Assembly (NCBI GenBank): GCA_963845065.1
Contig: CAWJQQ010000005.1
Span: forward strand, 160,001-224,000
Length of the DNA stretch: 64,000 nt
Direction: 5' to 3'
Source of the DNA: Nitrospirota bacterium
Lineage (GTDB): Bacteria > Nitrospirota > UBA9217
Made by a program: the position numbers and the translations under genes. Below the pieces are notes generated by a model. The model worked only from the letters and a program-made list of their open reading frames with translations, searched no databases and was not told where the DNA came from. Positions 28,976 through 39,608 of this stretch are shown here, one piece after another (the stretch's first letter is position 1; each line of letters opens with the position of its first letter).

Positions 28976-29729
28976 TACTGATGACCTCCTTCGCAAGTTC
29001 TAGGTAGCTTTGCGCTCCGCGGGATCGGATGTCGTAAAGTAGCACGGGCTTGCCATGGCTCGGCGCTTCGGAGAGGGCTACGTTCCGGTGAATGATCGTA
29101 GTATAAACTTTGTTTCCAAAATATTTTCTTACCTCTCTCGCCACCTGGTCGGCCAGGTTGTTCCTGCTGTCGTACATGGTGAGGAGCACACCTTCAATGG
29201 CAAGTTCGGGATTGAGGTCTTGCTTGATAAGTTTAATAGTGTTCATGAGCGCTGATAGACCTTCGAGCGCGTAATATTCGCATTGCACGGGGATGATTAC
29301 TCCATCGGCTGCCGTGAGAGCATTCACAGTCAGAAGTCCGAGTGACGGGGGGCAGTCAATAAAAATGTAATCGTAATTGTCCTTTGCTGTTGCTAGCACT
29401 TTCTTCAATACGCGCTCGCGGGCGATCATCTGAATGAGTTCCACTTCGACGCCGACGAGATCGATCTTTGCCGGGACAACATCTAGCCAAGGGAAGTGGG
29501 TTGATTTTTTTACGTCCTGGAGTGATTTTTTGCCGGTAAACAGGTCATAAGTACTTCCATTAATATCGTTCCGGTCAATACCCATGCCGCTCGTTGAGTT
29601 ACCCTGCGGATCGGAGTCAACGAGAAGCACCTTTTTTTCCGCTGCAGCAAGTGAGGCGGCAATATTCACGGTGGTCGTAGTTTTGCCTACCCCGCCCTTT
29701 TGATTAGCGATAGCAATGACTCTGCCCAT
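28953..29729 (-). CDS. parA: chromosome partitioning ATPase ParA/Soj
   Basis: [43 protein letters not shown]. Confidence 0.96.
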   Translation of the reverse strand: MGRVIAIANQKGGVGKTTTTVNIAASLAAAEKKVLLVDSDPQGNSTSGMGIDRNDINGSTYDLFTGKKSLQDVKKSTHFPWLDVVPAKIDLVGVEVELIQMIARERVLKKVLATAKDNYDYIFIDCPPSLGLLTVNALTAADGVIIPVQCEYYALEGLSALMNTIKLIKQDLNPELAIEGVLLTMYDSRNNLADQVAREVRKYFGNKVYTTIIHRNVALSEAPSHGKPVLLYDIRSRGAQSYLELAKEVISNAKAGAR

Positions 29730-29891
29730 TATTTCTTATCATCTCCCGACACTACAGGTTTAGAGCCGGAATACTTTACCATAAGGTAATAATAAAAGGA
29801 AGGGAAAAACATGGATAATGGCCTGAAACCTCGGTTACCATACTGCTTGTGCAGCGAGCAAGACAGATTTTTTCATCTACGCCCAAAGGCA

Positions 29892-29907
29892 TGTTCCACG
29901 TGGAACA
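29892..29907. promoter_or_regulatory. parS site
   Basis: Perfect palindrome TGTTCCACGTGGAACA matching the bacterial parS consensus, upstream of parA. Confidence 0.92.
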
Positions 29908-29911
29908 TTAA

Positions 29912-30979
29912 CTATACCTGCCCTAATTCCCCACCAGCCGGGCTTACCCGGAGAGACCCGAGTGATAAATGACGGACGGCTGAAACATCTTTCAAAGGAG
30001 TGATTACCCTGAGGGACAGTTCCTTCAAGTCAATCGTACGGAGGATTCCGAGGCCGAGACATAGGTTCAGTTCGTCATTAAGCCCGACGAGCAGATGGTC
30101 CAACTCAGATCGCTTCAGAACCATGACTTCCCGGACATTATATTGTTCCTTAGCTGTGAAGAGTTCGGCTTCAGAATATTCTCCTTCAACAATGATAAAA
30201 AGGCGATCAGCGGCCAGCTCGGCGTGGATTACAATCGCCTGTAATATCTTGGAGATCTTGTTAATGTCCCTGAACCCTAGCCGTTCTCCAGTCCCAAGAC
30301 CGGGGCCGTGAACGCCTACATCGTGAAGTGCTATTTCCTGAAAATCCGCGCCACGGAAATATTCCTTGAAGCGCTGCTCGCGGAATGATCGACGCGCTTC
30401 ACCGGTTGAGACGCGAGCGTCTGGCGATATTGGTATGCGGTGGATCAATAGGCTAGCCCGGTGCGAATGCGGGGCCAGAAGATGCTCGACCTCAGTACCC
30501 TGCTGCAGGGCAATGAGGTGGTGGGGTGATATCATATCGATCTCATGGTATTTAAGTTCGCGTGCAGCACCGCCGTTCACAAGACCGCATGTATTAATAA
30601 GGATAAGGTCAGGTCGTTGTAGTTGTGCCTGGGTTATAAGCTTTTGAAGTCCCGAGATCATTTCGAGTAAACGACCGACCGGTGATGTATTCCCGATAAA
30701 GCTGATAATCATGGGATGTTTTCGCCTGATGAGGTCGGATGCTTCAGCATAAAGCGTGAGCGAGATAGTACTAGGCGGTCCGATAAATGGCTGGCCAGGA
30801 TCTGCGTCGATCCATGCAACCCTTTTCTTGCGGCAGCAGAGTAGATCTGTAAAATAGCTACAATAAGTGGTCTTGCCCGATCCCGGAGCCCCTATCACAA
30901 CTACCGGTCCCTGCTGGTCATAGATATCTTCAACTAGCTCCCGCCACTCGATCGGTATTTTAAGTGCCCTTTCTAACAT
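29912..30979 (-). CDS. Clp1/Grc3/NOL9-family polynucleotide 5'-hydroxyl kinase (start moved to ATG 30979)
   Basis: GAPGSGKTT Walker A, IDADPGQPFIGPP, FIGNTSP, LINTCG, RRSFREQRF lid, C-terminal LGLGIL..TP. Confidence 0.8.
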   Translation of the reverse strand: MLERALKIPIEWRELVEDIYDQQGPVVVIGAPGSGKTTYCSYFTDLLCCRKKRVAWIDADPGQPFIGPPSTISLTLYAEASDLIRRKHPMIISFIGNTSPVGRLLEMISGLQKLITQAQLQRPDLILINTCGLVNGGAARELKYHEIDMISPHHLIALQQGTEVEHLLAPHSHRASLLIHRIPISPDARVSTGEARRSFREQRFKEYFRGADFQEIALHDVGVHGPGLGTGERLGFRDINKISKILQAIVIHAELAADRLFIIVEGEYSEAELFTAKEQYNVREVMVLKRSELDHLLVGLNDELNLCLGLGILRTIDLKELSLRVITPLKDVSAVRHLSLGSLRVSPAGGELGQV

Positions 30980-31088
30980 AATTAGCTCTTTACCAGTAAG
31001 ATGCAAAATCATTTGAATAACCCTTATCAGGGTTTTTCTTTGTGACTCAGTTTCTACAGGGTGAAATATTTTAAAATTTTCAATCCGA

Positions 31089-31104
31089 TGTTCCACGTGG
31101 AACA
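31089..31104. promoter_or_regulatory. parS site
   Basis: Second TGTTCCACGTGGAACA, immediately downstream of rsmG. Confidence 0.92.
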
Positions 31105-31106
31105 AT

Positions 31107-31748
31107 TTATATTCGTTTCAATGACCAGATCGCCCTCTTATAATCCGAAAACGGGAGCATCAGATCAATTCTTTTCTCCAGTTCAATTCCGTACGTTGTC
31201 AGTTCCTTTTTATCAAAAGTCTCCTCTGGCCCACGACTCAAGATCAGGTGGCCTCCGTGTTTAAGAAATGGCAGACCAGATATAATAGCCTTGTTTATGT
31301 CCGCAAAAGCCCGGGCAGTAACAACGTCATATAAATTGTGCAGGGTATTGGGGATGTCCTGGGTTCTTTTGTTTTGGACCTCTATGCCGATAAGCTTCAA
31401 TGTTCTTATGATGTGTCTCAGAAATGAGGCTTTCTTTTTGACCGATTCCACCATGGTTACCATAATATCTGGCTGTATGAGTTTGATTGGAATTGCGGGA
31501 AAGCCGGCGCCTGACCCCATATCCAGAAGCTTTAGCCCAAGTGAAGGCGAAAAGCCTTTTATATAGGAAAAAGAATCGAGAACATGCTTGATCACGATAT
31601 CGCGCTCATCTCTTATAGCGGTAAGATTTATCTTTTGGTTCCATTTTGTGAGCTCCATAAGATAAATGAATACCGAGTTTGCCTGCTCCGTTGACAGAGC
31701 GAAGCCAAGTTCCGCCGCACCGGACGTAAGCAAATCTTTCGGAGTCAC
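31107..31748 (-). CDS. rsmG: 16S rRNA m7G527 methyltransferase
   Basis: WNQKINLTAI..KHVLDS, DMGSGAGFP, ES..KK..FL, VTARAF; follows mnmG; GTG start with GGGAG. Confidence 0.93.
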   Translation of the reverse strand: MTPKDLLTSGAAELGFALSTEQANSVFIYLMELTKWNQKINLTAIRDERDIVIKHVLDSFSYIKGFSPSLGLKLLDMGSGAGFPAIPIKLIQPDIMVTMVESVKKKASFLRHIIRTLKLIGIEVQNKRTQDIPNTLHNLYDVVTARAFADINKAIISGLPFLKHGGHLILSRGPEETFDKKELTTYGIELEKRIDLMLPFSDYKRAIWSLKRI

Positions 31749-31822
31749 GAAGCTATCTCCCAGCCTGAGAAATTTATCTGGTTTATAATAAGAGGTAATA
31801 CACATTCCGATAACCGCAATTT

Positions 31823-33703
31823 CTATTCCTTTCCGCGCTTCTTTTTTTCAAGCGCAACCATAAGGAGTGAGATTGCTGCAGGGGTTACGCCTGATATACG
31901 CGATGCTTGGCCGAGAGAGATTGGCCGCACCTGCTTCAGCCTTTGCTTGACTTCATTACCGAGGCCGATGACAGCATCGTAGTCCATGTCTACGGGGAGG
32001 ACTTTGTGTTCGAGCGAGGCAAAACGGTCAACTTGCTGTGACTGACGCTGGATATAGCCTTCGTACTTTACCCGGATTTCCACTTGCTCAGCGGCATCGC
32101 TTTTAAGCGGCTCAACAGGGGAACTTATTTTTACAATGTCACGGTACTCGATTTCCGGTCTTTTCAAGAGTTGCTCGAGTGAAGTCTCACCTAAAAGCGC
32201 TGATGATCCGCGTCCCGTAAGAATCGCATTTACTTCCGGTGTTTGTTTGACCCGGACTATCTTAAGCCTAAGGAGCTCACAATCAATATGTTCTTTCTTT
32301 TCGCGGTATTGACGATACTGGCCATCTGATATAAGCCCGATATCTCGCCCCTTTTCACGGAGCCGGATATCGGCATTGTCTTCGCGCAGAAGGAGCCTGT
32401 ACTCTGCCCTTGAGGTGAACATTCGATAGGGCTCGTTCGTTCCTCGTGTTACCAAGTCATCGATTAGCACTCCAATATATGCCTCAGAGCGTGAGAGAAT
32501 GAACGGTTTCCGCTTCTGCATTTTCAGAGCAGCATTGATCCCTGCCACTAGGCCTTGGGCTGCTGCTTCTTCATATCCTGAAGTGCCGTTTATCTGTCCT
32601 GCGAAGTAGAGGCCGGAGATCTTTTTTGTTTCGAGTGTGTGCTGAATCTGTGTAGGGGGTGCGAAGTCGTACTCAATGGCATAAGCAGGACGCATGATCT
32701 CGACTTCTTCGAGTCCGGGGATCGAGCGATACAGGGCTGTCTGGACATCGTATGGCAGGCTCGTGGACACACCATTTGCATAATACTCCTCGGTGTCAAG
32801 TCCCTCGGGCTCGAGAAATACCTGGTGACGCTCACGCTCAGAAAACCGCATCACCTTGTCTTCAATAGAAGGACAATATCTCGGTCCAACTCCTTTTATG
32901 ACTCCGGCGTAAAGTGGGGATCGATTAAGATTATTACGTATTATTTGATGGGTTACACTATTCGTATACGTTAGATAACAGGGCACTTGTGGGAGGGGAT
33001 GAATTTTTTCAGAAAAAGAGAAAAAAGGGGCAGGATCATCTCCAGGTTGAAGAGTCATTTGTTTAAAATTAATACTTCTTCCATTTAACCTCGCTGGGGT
33101 TCCTGTCTTGAGCCTGCCGAGTTCGAACCCGAGCTCCCGAAGGTTGTCCGAAAGACCGTCTGAAGGAAATTCCCCTGCCCTGCCTGACGGATAATGAACG
33201 AGGCCGATATGAATGAGACCTTTTAAAAAAGTTCCTGTTGTAACGATAACAGCAGAGGCTAGATATTGAACGCCGATACTTGTTTCCACTCCGGTAATCG
33301 AATTGTCCTCCACGAAAGCCTTTTCAACAAGACCCTGTTTCACATCGAGACGCGGTTGTTTTTCTACCGATTCTTTCATTGCGAGTCGGTATCGTTGCTT
33401 GTCTGCTTGGGCTCTCGTGCCATGCACTGCCGGCCCTTTACTCCGGTTCAGTATCCGGAATTGGATGCCGGTGCGGTCGATGATCTTCGCCATGTCCCCG
33501 CCCAAGGCGTCGATTTCCTTCACGAGATGGCCTTTGGCCAAGCCGCCGATTGCAGGGTTGCAGGACATAAGGGCGATGTTATCCAGATTCATGGTGAGCA
33601 TGAGCGTGTCGCAACCCAAGCGCGCGGCAGCAAGTGCGGCTTCACAACCCGCGTGGCCTGCACCGATAACAATGATGTCGTATTTTTTTTTAGAATACAT
33701 CAA
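31823..33703 (-). CDS. mnmG: tRNA uridine 5-carboxymethylaminomethyl modification enzyme
   Basis: GAGHAGCEAA, MSCNPAIGG, RLKTGTP, GPRYCPSIEDK, AGQINGTSGYEEAAAQG. Confidence 0.97.
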   Translation of the reverse strand: MMYSKKKYDIIVIGAGHAGCEAALAAARLGCDTLMLTMNLDNIALMSCNPAIGGLAKGHLVKEIDALGGDMAKIIDRTGIQFRILNRSKGPAVHGTRAQADKQRYRLAMKESVEKQPRLDVKQGLVEKAFVEDNSITGVETSIGVQYLASAVIVTTGTFLKGLIHIGLVHYPSGRAGEFPSDGLSDNLRELGFELGRLKTGTPARLNGRSINFKQMTLQPGDDPAPFFSFSEKIHPLPQVPCYLTYTNSVTHQIIRNNLNRSPLYAGVIKGVGPRYCPSIEDKVMRFSERERHQVFLEPEGLDTEEYYANGVSTSLPYDVQTALYRSIPGLEEVEIMRPAYAIEYDFAPPTQIQHTLETKKISGLYFAGQINGTSGYEEAAAQGLVAGINAALKMQKRKPFILSRSEAYIGVLIDDLVTRGTNEPYRMFTSRAEYRLLLREDNADIRLREKGRDIGLISDGQYRQYREKKEHIDCELLRLKIVRVKQTPEVNAILTGRGSSALLGETSLEQLLKRPEIEYRDIVKISSPVEPLKSDAAEQVEIRVKYEGYIQRQSQQVDRFASLEHKVLPVDMDYDAVIGLGNEVKQRLKQVRPISLGQASRISGVTPAAISLLMVALEKKKRGKE

Positions 33704-33864
33704 TTAACCCCAAACTCTTTATCAAATTAAAACAGCTTTACTATGGAAAAAGGGGGGAAAAATGGAGAAAATAGAAAGAATGAAAACTGAACAAGTCATA
33801 TTCTCCATTTCTTCTCAAGTGACCCTAAAATCTGTGGCGATAATTCATATATTTTTTTCTTCTG

Positions 33865-34450
33865 CACCATAAAACCGTCTCTTCAGGGCGGGGATATAAA
33901 TAAGGCGCTAGTACGAACCAATTAGAGAAATATTGTTTTAGTGTTAGGTTGACAATCGTACACCTACTTGATAATGTTCTACAATAGGGGAAAACCACAT
34001 CCTGTATTGTTCTTTGAATTCGAAAATATAGGGTTCCGGCAAAAAGGTTGCCTGGTAAAACTTTTGCTTGCTAAGAACTGATAATGGCAATGCTTTCAAA
34101 ATTTTGCTAAGTCACTCGTTCGCGATGCAATTGCTCGACGCAAATCTCTACATCCAACGTAGAGAACCGTAATGAACTATTGATAGGGCAAAACCGTGGC
34201 GCCATTACAAATGTTAAATCTGCAATGAAGTATCTCATGGAGCAAATAGATGACCTTTGGGGTCGTGGCCGTTTGGCACAGCTCTCGGTCCACCCGGTTC
34301 ACCTAGTGGAATACCAGGACAGCAACATCTGCATGAATCGGGAGCGCGGCAAACATCTTTATCGCATGCGAAAACAGAATCAGCATTAGCTCTCAATAGT
34401 AATAGAGCTTGCTTTGGAAATCCTCGGCATTAGGCTGGGGAGGATGTCAA
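33865..34450 (+). mobile_element. degenerate IS200/IS605-family relic (ends retained, ORFs lost)
   Basis: Left hairpin CCGTCTCTTCAGGGCGGGGAT; right end GAAATCCTCGGCATTAGGCTGGGGAGGATGTCAA; GGCCGTTTGGCAC motif resembling tnpB 3' regions. Confidence 0.6.
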
Positions 34451-34451
34451 A

Positions 34452-35828
34452 TTACTTGCCAATACAGAAATCATTAAAGATCCGCTCGAGAATATCGTCC
34501 GTATATATCGCGCCGATGATTAGTCCCAGGTGATCCATGGCATCACGCAGATCCAAGGCAATGAACTCCGGAGAAAGGTTGGCCTGGATCGACGCCATGG
34601 TTTTTTCCAAGCTTGCATTGGTCTGCTCTAGCGCAGTTTTGTGCCGCTGGTTCACTGCCCAGGAATGCTCCTTTGGTGCGACCACCCCGCTCTGTACCAT
34701 GTTAGCTATCGCTGTCCTGAGGTTATCTAGGCAATCTTTTGTGCGGCAGGATATGGTTATTTGTATCGCCGGCCAGTCAAGTTTGCCGAGTTGCCTCGGT
34801 AAATCGGATTTGTTGATTACTGCGATGGCATTCTTTCCGCGTATTTCCTCGATCACCCGCTTATCTTCGGGCATGAGAGACTGCGATCCATCAAGAACAA
34901 CGATTATCAAATCAGCAGATTCGATGGCCGCGAGGCTTCTACGCACTCCTTCCTGCTCGACCACATCATGGGAATGCCTGATGCCTGCAGTGTCGAGGAT
35001 CCTGAGCGGAACGCCCAAGACGTTAACGTATTCTTCGAGCACATCACGGGTGGTACCTGGAAATTCGGTCACAATAGCCCGTTCTTGCCTGAGAAGAGCG
35101 TTCAACAAAGAAGACTTGCCGACGTTCGGCTTGCCAACGATAGCTGTAGCAAACCCTTCACGAAAAATCTTCCCATAGGTGAAGCCTGAGAGAAGATCGC
35201 TTACCTGTGCACGAAGGTGGGTAACTTCTTGCTTAGTTGATTTGCCGATCCCGGTTTCAATGTCTTCTTCCGGGAAATCGATGCTCGCTTCAACCGATGC
35301 GAGCAGCGATACAAGCCTGTCGCGTAACTTTGCGATTTCCTCAGAAAGGCCACCGAGGAGTTGCTCATTTGCGGCACGAAGGGCAACATCTGTTTTGGAG
35401 TTTATAATGTCCATCACTGCTTCTGCTTGGGCAAGGTCGATTCTGCCGTTCAGGAAGGCGCGCTTTGTAAATTCTCCCGGCTCTGCCAGTCTTGCCCCGG
35501 TTGCAATGAGGAGCGCCAAGGTCCGAGTGAGAGGCATCATGCCGCCGTGACAGTTTATCTCTACTATATCCTCGCGCGTGTACGTTGCCGGCGCGCGCAT
35601 TATCGATACAAGCGACTCATCAATGATTTGTCCGGTCAACGGGTCCATGATATGTCCGTATTGCAGAGTATGCGTGGCAGCGGACCGGAGAAGTTTCTTT
35701 TTTTTCGGCCTGAAGACGTTCGTTACGATGCTAATCGCGTCCCGACCGCTGAGACGGATAATGCCGATCCCTCCTTGTCCCGGCGCCGTTGAAACTGCGC
35801 AAATTGTGTCCTGCTCGTCCATAGGCAT
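34452..35828 (-). CDS. mnmE: tRNA modification GTPase
   Basis: DTICAVST, YTREDIVEINCHGG, GEFTKRAFLNG, GKPNVGKSS, GTTRD, DTAG, NKSD, FCIGK. Confidence 0.97.
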   Translation of the reverse strand: MPMDEQDTICAVSTAPGQGGIGIIRLSGRDAISIVTNVFRPKKKKLLRSAATHTLQYGHIMDPLTGQIIDESLVSIMRAPATYTREDIVEINCHGGMMPLTRTLALLIATGARLAEPGEFTKRAFLNGRIDLAQAEAVMDIINSKTDVALRAANEQLLGGLSEEIAKLRDRLVSLLASVEASIDFPEEDIETGIGKSTKQEVTHLRAQVSDLLSGFTYGKIFREGFATAIVGKPNVGKSSLLNALLRQERAIVTEFPGTTRDVLEEYVNVLGVPLRILDTAGIRHSHDVVEQEGVRRSLAAIESADLIIVVLDGSQSLMPEDKRVIEEIRGKNAIAVINKSDLPRQLGKLDWPAIQITISCRTKDCLDNLRTAIANMVQSGVVAPKEHSWAVNQRHKTALEQTNASLEKTMASIQANLSPEFIALDLRDAMDHLGLIIGAIYTDDILERIFNDFCIGK

Positions 35829-35968
35829 ATATTACCATAAAGCAGACAGAGTAAAAAACACCTTTTTCAAAAGTTCTTCCTCAATTTATGACAGTCAAGC
35901 AAGAGAAAAAAATAGCGTTCAAACAATGCATGTTTTATGATAGAATATTTATATTGTCGGGTCCGCTC

Positions 35969-36214
35969 ATGAAAACCAAAGATTTAAAAAAAATTGTAGA
36001 CAAGTATTCTCCTGATCAGCTCGAGACCTGCATTCGGCAACAACTCGACAAAGGCGAGAACGCCTGCGAAATCGTGGACGAGTCCGATGAAGTAATCGCG
36101 TCCTTAAGTAAAGCTGAGGTCGTTCGTGAGCTCATGGACCAGGGAAAGACATTTTCCGACGCTCTTCGGGAGCTTGGGAAAAGGATCCGAGCTGTGTACG
36201 GGAAGGAAGAGTAA
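35969..36214 (+). CDS. small hypothetical helical protein
   Basis: 81-aa ORF from ATG 35969 with protein-like composition, divergent from mnmE. Confidence 0.55.
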   Translation: MKTKDLKKIVDKYSPDQLETCIRQQLDKGENACEIVDESDEVIASLSKAEVVRELMDQGKTFSDALRELGKRIRAVYGKEE

Positions 36215-36461
36215 AGAAACCCGGTGAGAACATCTATGGCCAAAAGCGAGGAGAATTTGCCAGCCGCACTAAAAAAAGTTGGGTAACCATATTGCACCAG
36301 GTGATAACGGCAGGAACATTTATTTATTTCTCGTTCGGCCTTAAAAGATCAATACTATGTTGTAGCAAGCATTGTTTTTTTTTAAGAGTCCGATCAGAAT
36401 AAATATTAGATCAGGCAGGAGGTTCTCACTCAGCGATTACAGCATCCTCTGAAGTGAAAAA

Positions 36462-38054
36462 ATGATGAATAACAAATCTCTTTGGGAACGATACAAAAAA
36501 AATTACTGCAATGTCCCCTCCGCTGGCTTGTCGCTTGACATCAGTCGAATGAACTTTACCGATGACTTTTTTACAAGAATGGAGCCAGAAATCCAGAAGG
36601 CCTTCATAGCCATGGACGCGCTTGAATCAGGCGCTATTGCCAATCCAGATGAGAACCGAATGGTAGGGCACTACTGGCTCAGGGCAGCCGAGCGAGCACC
36701 TTCGGTTGAAATCCGTAATCAGATCCAAGGTACGCTTCAGTCCATCAAGGATTTTACGTTTGCGATCCATGCAGGCAAGATCTATCCTCGCAAGCGAGCT
36801 CGTTTCACTCATTTTCTGAGTATCGGAATCGGAGGCTCAGCCTTGGGGCCGCAGCTCATCGCTGATGCACTTGGTTCTTCAAAAGATAAGATGAAGGCAC
36901 ATTTTCTGGACAATACCGATCCAGACGGGATCGACCGAATGCTTGCGGAAATCGGAAACGATCTTGTAGATACCCTCACAATAGTCATCTCAAAAAGCGG
37001 GGGGACTGTAGAGACCCGGAACGGTATGCTCGAAGTTGCCGCAGCTTATAAAAAAGCGAATTTGTCATTTGAGAGGCATGCAGTCGCAATTACGGGAGTG
37101 GGAAGTAAGCTTGATGACATTGCGAAAAAGAACAGTTGGTTGGCGACATTTCCGATGTGGGATTGGGTAGGTGGGAGAACTTCCATAACTTCTGCAGTCG
37201 GTCTCATTCCCATGGCGCTACAGGGAATTAATGTACAGGATTTTCTTAAAGGGGCGGCACTTTGCGATGAAATTACGAGGAAAAAAGAGCTGATATCAAA
37301 TCCTGCGGCACTTCTGGCTCTTTCATGGTATCATGCAACAAATGGATGTGGGTCCAAGGACATGGTTATCCTTCCTTATAGAGACCGTCTGATACTGTTC
37401 CCAAAATACCTCCAGCAGCTTGTTATGGAATCCCTTGGAAAAGAGAAAGATCTAAACAGCAAGATTGTCAACCAGGGTATCGCCGTATACGGCAACAAGG
37501 GGACAACGGACCAACATGCTTATGTACAGCAGCTCCGCGAAGGGGTGAATAACTTCTTTGTAACATTCATCGAAGTGCTCCAGGACCGAGAGATCCCTTC
37601 TATGGACATCGAGCCTAGAGTCACGAGCGGGGATTATTTAAGCGCCTATCTTCAGGGAACGCGAAATGCCCTGTATGAAAATAAGCGGGAGTCTATTACG
37701 ATCACGGTTGATAAGCTCAACGCACAGTCGATCGGGACGCTTATAGCCCTGTACGAACGGGCTGTAGGTTTTTATGCTACTCTTGTGAACATCAACGCCT
37801 ACCACCAGCCCGGAGTAGAGGCTGGAAAGAGAATGGCCAGCACGATCATCAAACTACAGAATGATGTGATGGATTTTATGAGGAAGAACAAGGGAATGAC
37901 ATTTTCAATAGAATCAGTTGCTAAGGGAGTCAATGCAGAAGAAAACAGTGAATCAATATTCAAGATCCTTGAACATGCTAGTGCAAACAGTGATCACCGT
38001 ATTAAGAAGAATCTGGGGAAGGGTGCATTTGACGTACGGTATGAGGCAATCTGA
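36462..38054 (+). CDS. pgi: glucose-6-phosphate isomerase
   Basis: [55 protein letters not shown]. Confidence 0.96.
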   Translation: MMNNKSLWERYKKNYCNVPSAGLSLDISRMNFTDDFFTRMEPEIQKAFIAMDALESGAIANPDENRMVGHYWLRAAERAPSVEIRNQIQGTLQSIKDFTFAIHAGKIYPRKRARFTHFLSIGIGGSALGPQLIADALGSSKDKMKAHFLDNTDPDGIDRMLAEIGNDLVDTLTIVISKSGGTVETRNGMLEVAAAYKKANLSFERHAVAITGVGSKLDDIAKKNSWLATFPMWDWVGGRTSITSAVGLIPMALQGINVQDFLKGAALCDEITRKKELISNPAALLALSWYHATNGCGSKDMVILPYRDRLILFPKYLQQLVMESLGKEKDLNSKIVNQGIAVYGNKGTTDQHAYVQQLREGVNNFFVTFIEVLQDREIPSMDIEPRVTSGDYLSAYLQGTRNALYENKRESITITVDKLNAQSIGTLIALYERAVGFYATLVNINAYHQPGVEAGKRMASTIIKLQNDVMDFMRKNKGMTFSIESVAKGVNAEENSESIFKILEHASANSDHRIKKNLGKGAFDVRYEAI

Positions 38055-38096
38055 TTGTTCACATCGAAATATTTAATTGAATCTGAAGCGAATAAT

Positions 38097-39263
38097 TCAA
38101 CAACGAGTAAAATGCGCAATATGATCGAAGGCCTGAAACAAAACTGAAATCTCCTCTTCAGTATTGTAAAAATGTGGTGAAATGCGGAGGCCACCTCCGC
38201 GATTGTTGACCATGATATGCCTCTCCCGCAAAGTATCGCGTACCTTCAAGGGATCAAACCTGCCTGCAATCGTGATATTCCCTCCACGCTTCTTTCGTTC
38301 TTTCGGAGATAGTATTGAAAAGTCTCTCTGCTCTGCTTCTCGGATGATCAGATCCCCCAAGCTGAGCACTCGTTCTTCCACCAGCGCTATTCCGGCCTCG
38401 AAAAGAAGACCAAGCGTGGCGCAGAGCCCGAAAATGCCCACCAAATTCATTGAGCCTTCTTCGAATCGTGAAACATCTGACTTGAGGGAGAAGTCTGGAT
38501 GATCAAAATCAAACTCATTTTTCACAGACTTCCACCCGATGAGCGGCGGGCTAAGTTTTTCGGCGAGTTCCCTCTTGCAGTAAAAAAAACCGATGCCTTC
38601 AGGGCCGAGAAGCCACTTGTGGGCATCAGCCGATAGAAAATCAATGTTAAATTCTTTGACATCCATCGGGACAATCCCCAGGCTTTGGATTGCATCAACA
38701 CAGAAAAGAACTTTTTTATTCTGGCAGAGATTTCCGATTTCCTTAAGATCGATCCTGAAACCATTTGCGAATTGCACCGAGCTTACGGCAAGTAATCGCG
38801 TTTTTGCATCCATCAATCCGTCGATATCGCTCGTAACGACCCTGCCGTCGCGTGAAGGAATGACTTTTATTATAACACCCCTCCGTTGAAGATTCAGCCA
38901 GGGGTAAATATTGGAGGGAAATTCTTTTTCATATATAAGCACATTGTCGCCCGACTTCCAGTCTAGCCCCGAGGCAACGAGTGAAAGACCGTGAGATGTG
39001 CTTCTTACAAAGGCAATCTCATCAGGCCTTGCGTTGATAAGTCTTGCACAAGACTGCCTAGTTTCAACGATCTGCTGCACCCATTTCGAGTAATGAAACG
39101 CTCCGCCTTGTGTGGCTTCGGAGAGGAATGTCTCGATTGCAGACTTCACACGTAACGACAAGGGCGAAACCCCGGCATGGTCAAGGTATATATATTTTTG
39201 TGTGATAGGAAACTCACGTCGATAGGATTCGAACGATTTTGCATTCATGGATTTTATCTCCAT
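38097..39263 (-). CDS. class V PLP-dependent aminotransferase / cysteine desulfurase-like
   Basis: YLDHAG, VDAIQSLG, ADAHKWLLGP, LRISPHFYNT. Confidence 0.85.
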   Translation of the reverse strand: MEIKSMNAKSFESYRREFPITQKYIYLDHAGVSPLSLRVKSAIETFLSEATQGGAFHYSKWVQQIVETRQSCARLINARPDEIAFVRSTSHGLSLVASGLDWKSGDNVLIYEKEFPSNIYPWLNLQRRGVIIKVIPSRDGRVVTSDIDGLMDAKTRLLAVSSVQFANGFRIDLKEIGNLCQNKKVLFCVDAIQSLGIVPMDVKEFNIDFLSADAHKWLLGPEGIGFFYCKRELAEKLSPPLIGWKSVKNEFDFDHPDFSLKSDVSRFEEGSMNLVGIFGLCATLGLLFEAGIALVEERVLSLGDLIIREAEQRDFSILSPKERKKRGGNITIAGRFDPLKVRDTLRERHIMVNNRGGGLRISPHFYNTEEEISVLFQAFDHIAHFTRC

Positions 39264-39278
39264 CGTTCCTGAAGGACG

Positions 39279-39608
39279 CTAAAGAAAATCATGTATTTTG
39301 GCTTTCTTACTGATATAGCGTTCCTTCTCCATTCGGGAGAGAGACTTTATTGTGCATTCTTTCTTCAGTGCGCTCGATTTATTCTGGCATCGCTCGTGAT
39401 AGATCAGCTTCACCGGTCGCCGACTTCGCGTGTAGCGCGAGGCACTGCCGTCATTGTGTTTGTCGAGCCGACGTTGCAAGTCATTCGTGATGCCGGTATA
39501 AAAGGTATTGTCGCAGCATTTCAGGATGTAAAGAAACCAGCGGTCCGTGTTATTGCCTTTTGTTTTTAATGAAGTTATTAGTAATCTCCTGAAATTATCC
39601 GCATGCAT
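39279..39608 (-). CDS. GIY-YIG nuclease family protein (UPF0213/YazA-like)
   Basis: LYIL.C.D..FYTGITNDL.RR..HN.G..YTR.RRP..KKE..IK. Confidence 0.85.
   Translation of the reverse strand: MHADNFRRLLITSLKTKGNNTDRWFLYILKCCDNTFYTGITNDLQRRLDKHNDGSASRYTRSRRPVKLIYHERCQNKSSALKKECTIKSLSRMEKERYISKKAKIHDFL

Noticed and set aside
30980..31105. ORF-track N-terminal extension MFHVEH of the Clp1-like gene
   Set aside because: It is a translation of the parS palindrome, a common false start
33704..34451. oriC in the AT-rich mnmE-mnmG gap
   Set aside because: No TTATCCACA-type box cluster seen; IS-end signatures explain the gap better
38097..39263. Class V aminotransferase as the missing cysteate aminotransferase
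   Set aside because: About 35 kb from the com genes in a housekeeping context; no sequence evidence links them
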